From the NCBI RefSeq assembly GCF_009914755.1, contig NC_060939.1: a stretch of 64,000 bases of DNA. One strand, written 5' to 3'. Below the pieces are notes generated by a model. The model had not been told where the DNA came from. It saw only the letters and a list, made by a program, of their open reading frames with translations, and made no database searches. Below, piece by piece: positions 26,516 through 41,003 of this stretch (position 1 is its first letter; each line of letters starts with the position of its first letter). This stretch comes from the human T2T-CHM13v2.0 reference genome, Homo sapiens. Made by a program: the position numbers and the translations under genes.

Positions 26516-27239
26516 CCTTCTGGCTCCTTCACCTGCAGGTGTGGGTGTGGCAGACATTCTGGCCTGTCCAGTTCGAAGACAATGACCCATGATTGACCAC
26601 GGCACTCTTGCCTCAGTCTCTAAGTCACTGTCTCCTGGGGCCCCCTCATTCATGCCTTTTCCTGGTTACCCATCTGCCTCCAGAAACTGGGGCTGTGCTT
26701 TGCCCCAGTGTACTATGGAGTCCAAGGTGATCAGACAGATGGCTCCAACAGCTGGGTGGAGAATGATGGGGAGGAGTATGGGGGATAATGCTCAGAGGCC
26801 CTGTGAATCTGCTGCCATGGGCAGTGGAATCCCAGCCACAAAGAATGAGGTACTTACAATTCTCCCATAATTGTTGACTAAATTCCAAAGCTGGGCTCCT
26901 CTCTTTTCTTTTCTTTCTTCCCTTTTTTCAATACCAAATAGTTTGAAAAAATTCCAGGCTTTGTCAAATGCCCTTTCCTAGGCTCAAATTAACCTTTTCC
27001 AAGCGTCTTTCACATTCTTCAAACTCTTATTAATCCCTCAAAACCCAGCTCCAGGCATTGCCCTCCTCAGTGATTTCTTCTCTAAATTTGAGATAATCAT
27101 GCCTTCATATGGACTACTTTTGTACTTGGCATACATTTTTATTGTTACCCTTATCATACTGAGTTGCAAATATTTGTTTAGATGTGTGTCTCCTCTCCTG
27201 GAGTATAAGCTTATAGAGAGCAGGGAACATGTCTTAATT

Positions 27240-27635
27240 ATTTATTTATTTTTTAATTTAAATAAACTATTTTAGGATAGTTTTAGAGCTACAGAAATTT
27301 GTAAAAATAGTACAGATAATGCCTGTATACTTTATTATCTGGTTAACGTATTGCTTTACTATGGTGTGTTTGTTACAACTAAGGAATCAACATTGGTATG
27401 TTACTGATTATTTCGCTAGTTTTTACCTGGTGTCCTCTTCCTGTTGCAGGATCCCATCCGATCTCACATTATGTTTAGCTGTCATGTCTCTTTTGCCTCC
27501 TCTGGTCTGTGACAGTTTCTCGAACTTTCCTTGTTTTTGATGATCTTGCCAGTTTTGAGGAGTACTGGTCAGCAGTGTTGTAGAATATCCCTTAATGGGT
27601 TTGTGTGATGTTTTTCTCATGGTTAGACTGGGGTT
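27240..27635 (-). mobile_element. L1MC1/2-like 3' end
   Basis: caggatcccatcc, ctgtgacagtttctc, ttgaggagtactggtcag, tctcatggttagactgggg. Confidence 0.82.
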
Positions 27636-27862
27636 TGTTTATTTTATGTATTTATTCTTTTGGAGATGGGGTCTTGCTTTGTCACCCAGGCTGCAGCGCT
27701 GTGGCACTGTCATAAATCGCTGCTGCCTCAAACTCCTGGGCTCAAGGGATCCTCCTGCCTCAGCCTCTGAAGTAGCTAGGACCATAGGTATGTTTACTGC
27801 ACCCAGCTAATTTTTACATTTTTTTAAATACAGACAGGGTCTTGCCATCTTGCCAGGCTTGG
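27636..27862 (-). mobile_element. AluJ fragment (right arm plus part of left)
   Basis: aactcctgggctcaagggatcctcctgcctcagcc. Confidence 0.9.
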
Positions 27863-28289
27863 TTATTTTTAAACACCAGCACTGAATTAAATACCCAGCA
27901 GGTACCACCTAGCACAGACCAGGCATTTAATTAATGTTTATTGAACTGAATAGAATTCAAGTATTTCTTCAGCATCTTCCACATAAATAGAAGCCTGACT
28001 GATGCCCTTGGAGAGGTGAAGAAAGGAACTCAAGTCCCGTAAAGATCTTCCACACAGCTGAATAATAAAAGACGGTATGCACCCAAATGTCAAGTAAGGA
28101 GAACCCAGAGAATGACCTATTGCAGCTCAAGAGATGAATTAATCAGAATGAGCAGGTGAAGTCAGCATCTGTGTGAAAGAGGTGTCTGGAAAGGGGGTGG
28201 GTTTAGAGAGGCCCGTTTTAGTTCTCAAGCACAAGGAGCTTTTCCCTGAGCTAGGATCTGCTCACATGCTGAGCCTGAAGTCCACAGGT

Positions 28290-28810
<521 letters not shown>

Positions 28811-30059
28811 GCTGATGTTAGCTGAGACTGAGAAGGCATGAGACAGTGACAAGAAGATATGTGAGGAGTTGCTGTAAGAGGCCCTGAAATGGAGCAAGAG
28901 TGAACTGGGTAGGCAGATGGGATGCTGCCAGGTCATCAGACTGATCACAATGGTGTCAGGTCATACCAAATGGGGTGGCATAATTTGGGCAAAGGCCAGC
29001 AATGTACTAGGTGTGGGCTGCACAGATGTACGGGTCATCCAGTGATTTTCCATCTTGGAAAGGCCAGCCAGCATTCACAGGACAAAGATGGGGGGATTAG
29101 GAATAACTGAGGTCAAGGGAGGGGCAAGGGCTATAGGAGCGTCTACATAAATCAACACTGAGAATGTATTCCATGAATGAAAGTAACACAAAAGCTGTTG
29201 GCAGGCAAGGGTGGAACCCAGCCTAACTTCCATGGTGTTGTCACAAGCCCAAGAAGAAAAAGGGAACTCTGGTGAATACTTCTGAATGACAAAGATAAAA
29301 TGGAAGACCTATGATTTGGCTATTGGGCTATAAAAATGGACAGCCATCACATGAGGAAACCTAGAAAAATGAGATAATGAGCTTCAGGGCTCAGAATGGA
29401 AAGAACCCCATAGAAATCTTTGATCTTTTCCACCATGAGTTCTACACTGATGCAAAGGACAGAATCAGAATATACATTCCCTGATTTGGAAAGTATATAT
29501 TTTCCCATCCAAGTTCATTGTGAACTGCTGACCAAAAGGGCAGTGTTTTATACAGATTCTGTCTAGAACTAGCCCAGTGGGAAAAGCCTCGGAAAGCATA
29601 TGGCAAAGAAACTCAGACTCCAGAGTATGATTTAGTAACAGAAAGAGTGGTGTGTCTTGTCTTTGTATGCCCGTATAAATAATCACGATGGCTGAACTCT
29701 GCTATTTTTCATCCAACCTAAGTAACAGCTTTGAAAAAGGAAGATAACAATGACCTGTGTGTACAGCGTCCAAGGGAACCATTAGCAGTGGAGCTCCCCA
29801 GGCTCCTGGGACGACCAAGCACATGGTCCAACCAACCATCTTCTGACAAGGTAGGGGTGGGCAGTGGAAGGCAAAAAGAATGGCTGCACTTGTGTTTCTG
29901 AAGGTCAGACCAAGAAACCAAGGAGCGTGTCTTTGTTATTTCAAATCTATAGCCTTTGAAGTCCCAGCAGGTAAGTGGGTGAGTCTCATATACAGCTCAG
30001 GAACTCCTTTCTCCTCTGTACCTCCTTAGAGATATAGGGCTAAGACAGCCCAGGTGTTA

Positions 30060-30500
<441 letters not shown>

Positions 30501-31390
30501 TCCCAATCTTAAGCAGCCCATCTGGGGCTATGTGACTGACCGCTAAAACTGCCTCTGATTCCACATTTTGATTTTTGCTCCCATAAGCACTGTTCACAGT
30601 TTTCCCCCTCATATTACTTCTGTAACAACCTTGAGGTGGTCAAGGAAAAGAAAAAACACCATCCACATTCCTAGGCATTTTAAGGAAATGCACACCAGGT
30701 ATCTGACCCAGACTCCTACTTCCCTGCCAATCTCCAGCTCATATCAATTCATTTCCCTAACAGAAAATAGGTGTCAACTTTGTAGGTGGAAAGTAATTTC
30801 CCTGCAAATATTACCGGAGAGGTTGCTGACACTACTTGACAGTTTTATTATTACTTTTGTTTTGCAGTAAGGTGGGGGAACTCTACCTTTGCCAGGTAGA
30901 ATACTGAAAAAAAAAATGTAGAGCTTTTAACTTTGTATTAGTTTTAACATCGGAGGGGAAAACAAGAAACAAAGAATATGTGTGCTGTCCGCATGCCCAG
31001 TACGGCTAAGGGCAACCTCACAGGCTCCTGGCTTACCTCACTTCTCACCCGCGAACTTTCAGATCCTGGAGCTTCAGTGTGGGTTAGAGGGAATTACTCC
31101 GCAGCATCTGAAAAGCCAGCTCACAGGTGGGCCGCTGGGGCGATTTGGCAGGGCCTGCTTGTAAACACTGGCTATCAACTCCTTTACAAGGTAAGCCAAC
31201 CAGGGGCAAGTTAACTCGCTTTACTCTTCTCCGGGTTTAATAGAAGGTGGGTATACTTTTATAAGAACCCAATAATCTAAATATTTCACACGTAGACAAG
31301 AAAACTAGAAAGCCCCAAGAGAACCGAAAGAGTATTTTATTAATAACTATTTATGTGTAGTAGCTACTTAAATTCATGTTTCACTACCTA

Positions 31391-31685
<295 letters not shown>

Positions 31686-31728
31686 TCACTACCTATGTAT
31701 TTTCTAAAGGGTCAGATAGACTTAGGTG

Positions 31729-31870
31729 TAGGTTGGCCCGAGAAAATGCAGGGTTCCCAGTTAAATTTGAATTTCAAATACACAATGAATAATTTTTTAG
31801 TATATTCCAAATAATGATAGGGCATACTTTTATTCATTGTTCATCGACACTGAGTCCATTAACCAGCTGG
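31729..31870. mobile_element. MER53 MITE, diverged
   Basis: cccagttaaatttgaatttca...gaataattttttagtata matches recalled MER53 arm. Confidence 0.8.
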
Positions 31871-33678
31871 TTTATTTATTTATTATTATTTTTCCCCTTG
31901 CTTCATTCTTTTCTGACCTTCTGTGGCTTAATTTTAGGACTCCTATTAGAGGGTGGAGGGAGAAATACAACTCACACGCATCGGGTGTCCTACTTATCAT
32001 TAGCTGAGGCACAAGTTTTGGGAGGGGAGGGATTTGCTACTTTGAGCTAAAAATGGTGATTATCTGCATTCTCTCTATTACCATATGGACAGAATTAGCC
32101 ATAGACTGATATTTTCCAGAGACTGGATTTTGCAGGCCAGTAAAATCCAAAAAGAAAAGAAAAGAAAAGGAAATTGGGAAATTGTGAGAAGATCAATATA
32201 CTGTTGCCAAGTTTAAATTTGATCAAAAAAGGGTGTTTAAAAAAACCCCACAGCTACCATCTTCAATTACCATTAATTCATAAAAGAAAGCAACATTTCA
32301 ATACCCCAAAAGTAGGAAGGACACTCTCTTCTTTATTTCTTAAATAAAGTTGGCAGCTTTACAATGGATTGCCCTCATTTTTGTGGAAACTTCATCACAA
32401 TCTGGTGCTGGCTCTGAGATCTGAGAATATGCAGACCAGGTCATGCCACAGCAGCACCTATAAAGTGACAGCAGCAATGCTGCACTTTTCACAGGTTTGT
32501 GTTGGTAGCAGATAACCACAGAGCACCTTGCAGTAAAGGAAGGAGAAGGTGAACGTGTGCCAGTTCGAATTCTGATGATCTTAAATTAATATTTAATTTA
32601 AGCATTTTATTTCTGAGATGTATATTATTTGTGTGGAAGCATAGTGTGATTTTTCTCAAACCACAAAGCATTTCTTTAACTTATAATATATAGAAAACGT
32701 TTTTCCAAACTTCCTTTGGAGCACAGCTCAATCTCTGAACTTTTCTTCCCTATCTCTATAAAATGAATGCTTCAGGAACTGGATAATGTGACGCTGAACT
32801 TAAATAGCCCCCTTCCTAAGAGAGTTCAGAGGTCTTTGAAAATACAGGTAATTGAGCCTCCTGGTTCCTGAGAGCTGGCAGAATGTGTGACCTCAGCTGA
32901 GAAGAGTTGGGTATTTGCCAAAAGGCAGGTGTAGTTGGTAGCAGTGCTCAGAGACCAAGTCCCCAAGTTCAGATTTTCTATCCCTCTTCCCATTGTATAC
33001 AAGGGAAAACTATGGTGTGAAAGTGGATGATTGCCTGAAATTGCTGAGTAATTAAAAGGAACCATGATGAAAATAAACTGCCCAGCCCAAATATCATATG
33101 TAGTTTCTTTTATCTTCCTCCAACCTGAGAAATGTATATAAAGGTATTTTTACCAGGGAAATCCTTCTTTAAATAGGGTTGAAACTCAATTTCATATGCT
33201 GCAGAGAGATGCAAGGTATTATGTACCAATGATCCCTAAATATTCTTTTCTTCTTCACATGGCTGTGAAGTTACAAACTGAGTATCCTTTTCAACGGCTT
33301 GTTGAAGCAAAGAATTAAATATACATGTACAGACTAAAATATATGTTAGTATATTCTTTAGAAATATGAAGAATACCCCCAGCTTTTCACAGTGATAATC
33401 TCTGGGTGGGGTCTTTTTAATATTATGTTTTTCTGTAATGATGGAGTTTTAAAATAATTGTAATTGTCTATTACTTTTAGAATACGTAAAAAAGATACAC
33501 AGCATGCACATTCTCATTAAAAATCACTTCAACCTGGACTTTTGGGATGTCCTTTAAAGTCACCTAGTACTTGCACTTTCCCACAGTCCTCTGTCCAGCC
33601 TCTCTCAGTGACCTGAGACATTCAGTGCCACTTGTGTATTCCAGACATTTGTCTTTCTGAGAGAAGCAGTGCTACCAC

Positions 33679-33981
<303 letters not shown>

Positions 33982-34396
33982 CACTTTTTTACCTTCTCAA
34001 AACCCCAACTCTCCTGTAATTCCTGAAGCCCAGGTAATTTTCCCCCTAGCCCCATTGAATACTGGCTTGTTTTCATTTCTCTCTCTTTGTCTTTTGCCTT
34101 ACTAATTCTGATGTGATTGTTTTTTCAGCCTCAACTGAATAGCAGAGAGATTTTGGCTTTCATTCCAGAATGATGTCTCACAGAAAGTCAACTCGTGTTC
34201 CAGGTATGTGATAAACATCTCACTAGTGAACTTCTTGCTGTTTCTAAGCGATTAACGGTTTGGTTAGCAAGCCCAGAGCCCTGCAGATACCTTTTGCCTC
34301 CTACACAAGAAGTAAGCTAATGAAACCCACGGAGCACGGCCTGCCCCTCTGCTTCCCTTTAATGGTTTCTGTCACCCAGGCCAGGCTGCCGCCACC

Positions 34397-34471
34397 ATGA
34401 CTCTGCACATCGATGTGCCGCCTCAGGGCAAGCAGAATGCAAATGACGGTGGCCCTCAAATTGCAATTTAA
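34397..34471 (+). other. Candidate 24-aa small ORF MTLHIDVPPQGKQNANDGGPQIAI (hypothetical)
   Basis: GCCGCCACCATG at 34388-34399, TAA at 34469-34471; no expression or homology evidence. Confidence 0.15.
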
Positions 34472-35671
34472 GGATAGCTGTTATATCTTCCCATATATTT
34501 CTCTTCCTAACCTCCAAATTTGAGGATAATGTGCTGTTTTAACTTATTCTTAGTAGGAAGAATGTTAAACCTTAGGGTGATGGTAGTGTATTGCTGAATT
34601 CTGTGTTTTGGAATAAATTAGATTTTTTTGATGTGGAGAAGGGAGAAAGGGGGAGAACTAAATGCAAAGATAATTTGATTTTAAAAGCTGGAGTTTCCTG
34701 GTTCCTGGGTTCTAGATATTTAAAAAATAGCCACAATTAATTATGTAATAAATTGTAGGAGGTTGTCAAGTTGTCATCTTTATTAAGGTGTTTCTTGCCA
34801 GACATATTCAAAATCTGTGTACTCAGATGTTAACTGCATTTGACTCTATTGATTAAAATATACTTTCTGCCATCAAAATGGAACTCCAAGATGTAAAGGG
34901 AAAGAACACTTTAAAAGGCGTTTCCAAAGTCGTCTTGGATAGAGGAGCTTTCATCCAAGGGTGCTATGTGGCATTCCGGAAATGAATCAGAGACTTGGGC
35001 CCTCCACTTCCTTAGAAACAGAGACACGCTGAAGATCGTTAGGGTAAATGAGTGGGACAAAGTACACTCTGCATTTTCTTTTTAATTTCAACTAAAAAAA
35101 ATGCTGCACTCTTGTCTTGGCTGGAGAAACATCCTCAGCCTGTTCATCTCCTATCCTCTGCCCAAATCAACTCCAAATTTGACTGACTGAATTTTCAGTT
35201 CCTATATTTTCAGATCAGTTCCTGTATTTTCAGATCTGGCTCTCTCTGTGGTTGTGGTGGTAGCAGTGGTAGTGGTTATGGAGTCTGTAAGACTTGCCAT
35301 TTTTAAAATGCCGAAAGCTCTCTTCAGGTTAAATAGTCTCTCTGTGTGATTCTCAAATGAACTCCTTGAGGAAGAATGTTCTGTGTGTATCTAGAAACCT
35401 TAGTTCTACAAGAATGAGAGCTAAAGAAGCTCACCCATGTCCCACAGAAACCACTTCTTCCCTTTCCTGAACAAGAAACCGATGTTCTTCATCTACTGTC
35501 TGTCCACCCAGGCTTGGAAGACAGGTGAAAACAATCCCATCTTTCTATTCCTAGAAAGAGGTAGGGATGTGATGCTTACATTCCCCTGGCTTTTACTTGC
35601 ATCAAATGTGGGAGGAAGGAATAAAAGAGAAGAGGAAACTAAAACCTGAGAAAGGGCAAGAAGAGAAAGTA

Positions 35672-35730
35672 TTAGGTTGATGCAAAAGTAATTGTGGTTT
35701 TTGCAATTACTTTTAATAGCGAATCCCCGC
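35672..35730. mobile_element. Partial MADE1 (Hsmar1 MITE), right terminal inverted repeat missing
   Basis: TA + ttaggttgatgcaaaagtaattgtggtttttgcaattacttttaat. Confidence 0.85.
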
Positions 35731-35899
35731 CCCCCAAAATCATCTAGCAATCTGCCCTCTGGAGTGAACTTGAATAAAAGTAGGTAATAGTACCACTCTT
35801 GGCTTAGAAGTATCTGATTATCCCTACTAACCAGTACAAGACATAGATTTCTGAAGGAAAAGGATGCCTACCATTGGCTCTTTTTTGTTTTTGTAGTTT

Positions 35900-37075
35900 G
35901 ATTTTTCTTATTTTTTAAAAGGTTCTAAAAATAATACATATATACCTGGTAGAAAATTTGAAACTTAGAAAGAAGTTAAAAGAAGCCTACAAAATATCAC
36001 CGCATCATATTATCTTATTAGCCAAATGCAACCACCACTACCATCCAGGGAGGGTTCTTGCCAGTATTTTCTCTATTTTTTCGTATGCTTTTAAAAATCT
36101 TCACAACTAAAATCATTCTGTGCACAGAATTTCACATACTACTTTTTATTCAATCAAAAATATTTTCTCATGTGTTTATTAATTCTTTAAATATTATTTT
36201 AATGGCAGTATAATTTGCCATCATATGACTATATTATAATTTATTAATAATTTTCCTAATAAAGGACATTCAGAGTGTTTAGAATTTTAGCCATTATAAA
36301 TAGTATTAAATAAACATGGTTTTTGTGTGCATTAATCTTTACTTTTTAAATTATTTCCTTAGAATAATCTACTGGAAGTAGGATTACCAAATCAAAGAGT
36401 ATCATCATTTTCAAGACTTTAGTACCTATCGCCAAGAAAGCTGTATCAATTTATATTCACAGTATATTAATGTCTTTCTGAAACTGACTGAATTGATTAA
36501 TGTCATTTAAAAATCATGCTATCTTGTTAGGCCTCTGATACTTTGTATTTACTGGTAAGGCTGAAAATTGTTTACAGACTAATGAAACACATTATATATT
36601 AAGGTTATTTATTTTGTGCCTTAATATTTGAAAAAATACATCTTCTTATCAGTTTGCTTTTTGTCCTTTTTGCTGATTGTTTATGATCTTTTTTGACATA
36701 CAAAAATTTTATTTTTCTCTATATTTCAATGTATTGAACTTTGTATTCTGTAATTTCTTCTATTACTGTAAAGTAGAGAAAATCTGCCTGTATCTAGATA
36801 AATATGCAGAAATACATTCTCGTTATTTAATTAATTTTTCAAAAATATTTCTTGAATTTATCTAGGATTTGTTATACGGCGTGAAAAAAATTTATTTTTC
36901 TCTGATAAGCTAAAAATCATCATGCACAATTTATTACTTTTTCCCCACAGCTTATATATGTATTCTATTGACACATATGCAAGATTCTTTTTACATATGC
37001 GAGATTATGTTTTGGGGTTTTCTTTCAGCACTTTACTGATCTCTTTGCCTATTCATTTATCAGTAGTTTCTCCAT
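35900..37075 (-). mobile_element. Very old L1 (L1ME/HAL1-like) fragment
   Basis: AT-rich antisense motifs attttaatggcagtataat, ggacattcagagtgttt, ttatttccttagaata..ggaagtaggattac. Confidence 0.65.
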
Positions 37076-37579
37076 CCCTAGTCCTTTTCTTTCTTTTTTT
37101 CTTTCTTTTTTTTCTAAAGTTCTTTTAACTATTCTTATTTCTTTCAACTTAAAAGGTGGCCAAGATGACATACCAGAAGGCTGTCTAAAATTATTGGAGA
37201 AAGAGAATCTTTGCCTTTAAAGTTTTAGGTCTTAGGTGAAAACGATGCAGTGTTAGCTCTTGTGTCTATAAAGGGTGGGGTTCATGCTATGACACAGAAA
37301 ATCAGAAAGGACTTTCTTGACATTTGTAGAAACAGTAATATAAAGAAGAATTAGGTACCTTTTGGTTCATCTTAAGTAAAGAAAATTTCCAGTGAGGAGA
37401 TTGAGACATTTAATGTTAAAAAGATCCTCTCTCTTCTAGGGCACGAGTAAAGATATCAACCCATCTATCTGTAGAAAATTGCCAGAAACTGTCACAAAAT
37501 AAAAAATGAGAGAAGGCCTGAATTACGACAGTCCTGGTGGGGTTCTACAAGGTGTGTGCCAAATAATTTTGTTTTCTTT

Positions 37580-37715
37580 TTAAGGCTTGTTAACAGTGGA
37601 TAGCTTAAGGTGATGGGGTTATAGGTGATTTTTTTCTTGTCCTTATTTAACTGTATTTTCTTTTCTTTTTTTTTTTTTTTTGTCAAATGGTATAAAAGCT
37701 TTTTTTCTTAATAAT
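37580..37715 (+). mobile_element. L1ME-like 3' terminal fragment with T tract
   Basis: tgttaacagtggatagct..ggtgatggggttataggtgattttttt. Confidence 0.55.
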
Positions 37716-39264
37716 GGCCTGTTAATTAACATCTAGAACCCAGTACTGGAAGCATTAGTCCCAAGAAGTGCAAAGTTACAAAAAGTGGATTTTCTATTTC
37801 TTCACCTCTTACCTTAATAGACACAGAAACACTAAAACTCATCTCATTAGAAGAGGTTTTGTGAAAATGAGACAGGACATAGCTAAACCAAGTGCTTTTC
37901 CTCCGAATAAGATTTCACCCAAAATGAGGTTGGGGACTGGATGAAGTTATGAAAAAACTACTCCTTAAAACTGCTATTTCTAAAGCTAATAGGAATTCTT
38001 TTGTAGTGGGCTTTTTTCCCTTGACAACCAACGACTGATACATCTTGCATGTTAAAAAGCAGAGGGCTATAAGTAAGTTTTCAGTGGAAATAATTTTTTT
38101 TCCCTGCACCTTCCCTTTTTGTGATACAGTTGGCACTATTTTACTGTCTTAAAGATTCCCATTTTACTTTAATGGTCTCTACTTTCCCCTTTTCTTAGCT
38201 CTTCTTAATTTTTATGCTTTTCATTAGTAGATAATTCTCTCTGGCTGACCAACGGGGATGAGGGTCAGAGTCACGGGCAATATACTATATCTGCGTTAGT
38301 CTGGCTTGAGAACAGCGAAACCGTGCCTCCTTCTCTAATTAGTCACTTTAAGTATCAGTGATGGGCAGTCTCTGTGACAATGATTTTGTCATAGTAAGCA
38401 CTTGAAATACCTGCTGCAGTTTTTTCACCACCCCCCTCCTCCCCGTTTCAATCAGGCAAGTTTATCTTTGTTCTTTAAACCATAAGCAGGTTTTTGTATT
38501 TTTTTTTTTTTTTTTTTTTGCATGCCACATTGAAAAGAAATAAAAACCAAGTGCCATACATGTCAATTAAAGGCATAAACAATTAAGAGATAGTCCATTT
38601 CCCCCTTGAATCTTTCATGCTTATTTTCCCTTCTTAGAATAACACTTAAAAGCCATCGAAGCTTCAACGGGACCAGTGTCTCCCCGTTTCGTGGGGTGTA
38701 GAGCAAGGTGTGGGAGGAGCGTTTGGCATGTCAAGTCTCTGCTCTACAGTGGATCTCCACGTCCCGGCTTCCAGTGGACAGCCCTGTGAGATGGGGAAAA
38801 TTTCCTTCCGCTCAGATACTGTCAAGGCCAATGTGCCTTTCAGGAGATTGTCTGAGAGATTTCGAACATTGAAACTGTAAAAAAAATTGAGCTGGACAGA
38901 TCCTTGCCACCACTTTTTCTGCTAAATATAGAAAAGTTGTCATCGGGTTGCACAAGCAATTTCCAGCTACAGCACCTCAGGAGGGGAGGCGGGCTCCTGT
39001 CTCTCATAGTTAAAGTGCATAGAGCTGAGCCGACCCTGACTCACGGGTTGTGAGGAACATGGGAAGGTGGTAGAAGAGTAATGAGAGAAAGGCGTCCTTG
39101 TTTTGGTTAAATATAATGACATGGGAAGATGTGCAGTTGATGATGGTATTTGCTTACAATGTCATAAAGCATCAATAATTTGCAAGAAAAGGGTAGAAGG
39201 AGCCCTACCCCAGGAGTCTGTGCTCAGAGTTTCTCCCCTATCATTGCTTTGGAAAACACTGTTG

Positions 39265-39490
39265 TATCGTGGAGGGAGACTGTGAGATATGGAGCCAAAC
39301 AGGCATGGGTTGGCATCCCAGCTTTATCACTTACCCTTTGTTTGATTTGGAGTTAATTACTTAACTTCTCTGAGCCTGAGAGTCCTCATATAGAAGATGT
39401 GGGTAAAATAATATTCCTCTCGCAGCATCACTAGGATTCATGTGAGGAGTAAAGTACATGGCACTACTAAGTGCTCAGCATTTGTTGGCG
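39265..39490 (+). mobile_element. MIR SINE
   Basis: tggagccaaacag..tgggttggcatcccagct..ttacttaacttctctgagcct. Confidence 0.8.
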
Positions 39491-39529
39491 CCCTTCCCCT
39501 TCTCCCCTTTTAGGCAAATCATTTAAGCC

Positions 39530-40625
39530 CCCTGGACATCAGTTGCATCTCTCTTAGCAAGTCCTATTGGTTCTACCTCCGGAATATATTTAGAATTTAT
39601 CCACTTCTCTCTATTGTCATTGCTGCCATGTCAGTCCAACGTGTAGGCCGTTGCGATGCCTTCCTAACTGGTTTTCCTCCTTCTGTTTTTAAACCCAGTG
39701 CAATCCATCTCCACATAGCAGGCAGAGAGGGCATTTTAAAAATGTAAATCACATCATGCCCCTACCCTGCCTAAAACCCTCCCGTGGCTGAACTTAGAGT
39801 AAAATCCAAGCTCCTCACCACAGCCTTCAAAGGCCCATGTGATCAAGCCCCTGCCTACCGCTTTCCTTTTAGACTCCACTTGCTACTGCTTTTTTCTTCT
39901 ATAAAATTTTTTTTTTCCGGTTGTACTGGCCCTTTTCAGTTTCCAGAACACTCCAAGTTTATTTCTACCGCAGGGCCTTTTAATTTGCTGTTTCCATGGC
40001 TTGGAAGATGCTTCTTCTAGATTCTCCTGTGCTTGAAACCTTCTCCTAGGTCAAATGTTCCCTCCTAAAATTTGTCATCCTTGACCTAGTCACTCTCTAT
40101 CACAGCCCTAATTTATTTTCTTCATAGCACTTGTCACTATGTGAAAGTATCTTAAATACTGTTTATCTGTTTATTTTCTGTTTTCCCCCATGAGAATGTG
40201 AGCTCCAGGAAAAAAGGGGACTATGCTTTTCTCTTCTTTTAATTTTTTTTGAGACAGAATCTCGCTCTATTGCCCAGGTGGTAGTTCAGTGGCGTGATCT
40301 CAGCTCACTGTAGCCTTGACCTCCTGGGCTCAAGCCATCCTCCCACCTTAACCTCCTGAGTAGCTGGACTACAGGTGTGTACAACCATGCCCAGCTAATT
40401 TTTTGTATTTTTGTAGAGATGGGGTCTCGCCACATTGCCCAGGATGGTCTCGAACTCCTGGCCTCAAGTGACTCGTCTGCCTCAGCCTCCCAAAGTGCTG
40501 GGATTACAGGCAAGAGCCACCACACCTGGTGTGGGACTATGCTTTTCATTGCTGAGTAAACCTAGAACAATGCCTGTACCTAGGAGGCCCTTGGGAAGCA
40601 TGTGAAGAATGGATTCTGAATAAAT
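39530..40625 (+). mobile_element. L2a 3' region, split by an AluJ
   Basis: caagtcctattggttctacctc, cctaactggtt, ttaaaaatgtaaatcacatcatg, cttagagtaaaatccaagctcct, gaatgtgagctcca. Confidence 0.9.
40232..40531 (-). mobile_element. AluJ
   Basis: ctcctgggctcaagccatcctccc; perfect TSD gggactatgcttttc at 40217-40231 and 40533-40547. Confidence 0.96.
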
Positions 40626-40675
40626 ACGTATAATGGGATAAAAATATCGTCCTGAAAGTTGGTGACTGGATTTGA

Positions 40676-41003
<328 letters not shown>

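Larger units (their letters stand above)
27010..27955 (+). mobile_element. L2 3' part, interrupted by L1MC and AluJ
   Basis: tgtctcctctcctggagtataagctt..gagagcaggga before 27240; tail aggcatttaattaatgtttattgaactgaat after 27870. Confidence 0.7.

Noticed and set aside
31729-31870. MER53 hairpin as a miR-1302-type precursor
   Set aside because: The right arm is shortened and diverged, so pairing is poor.
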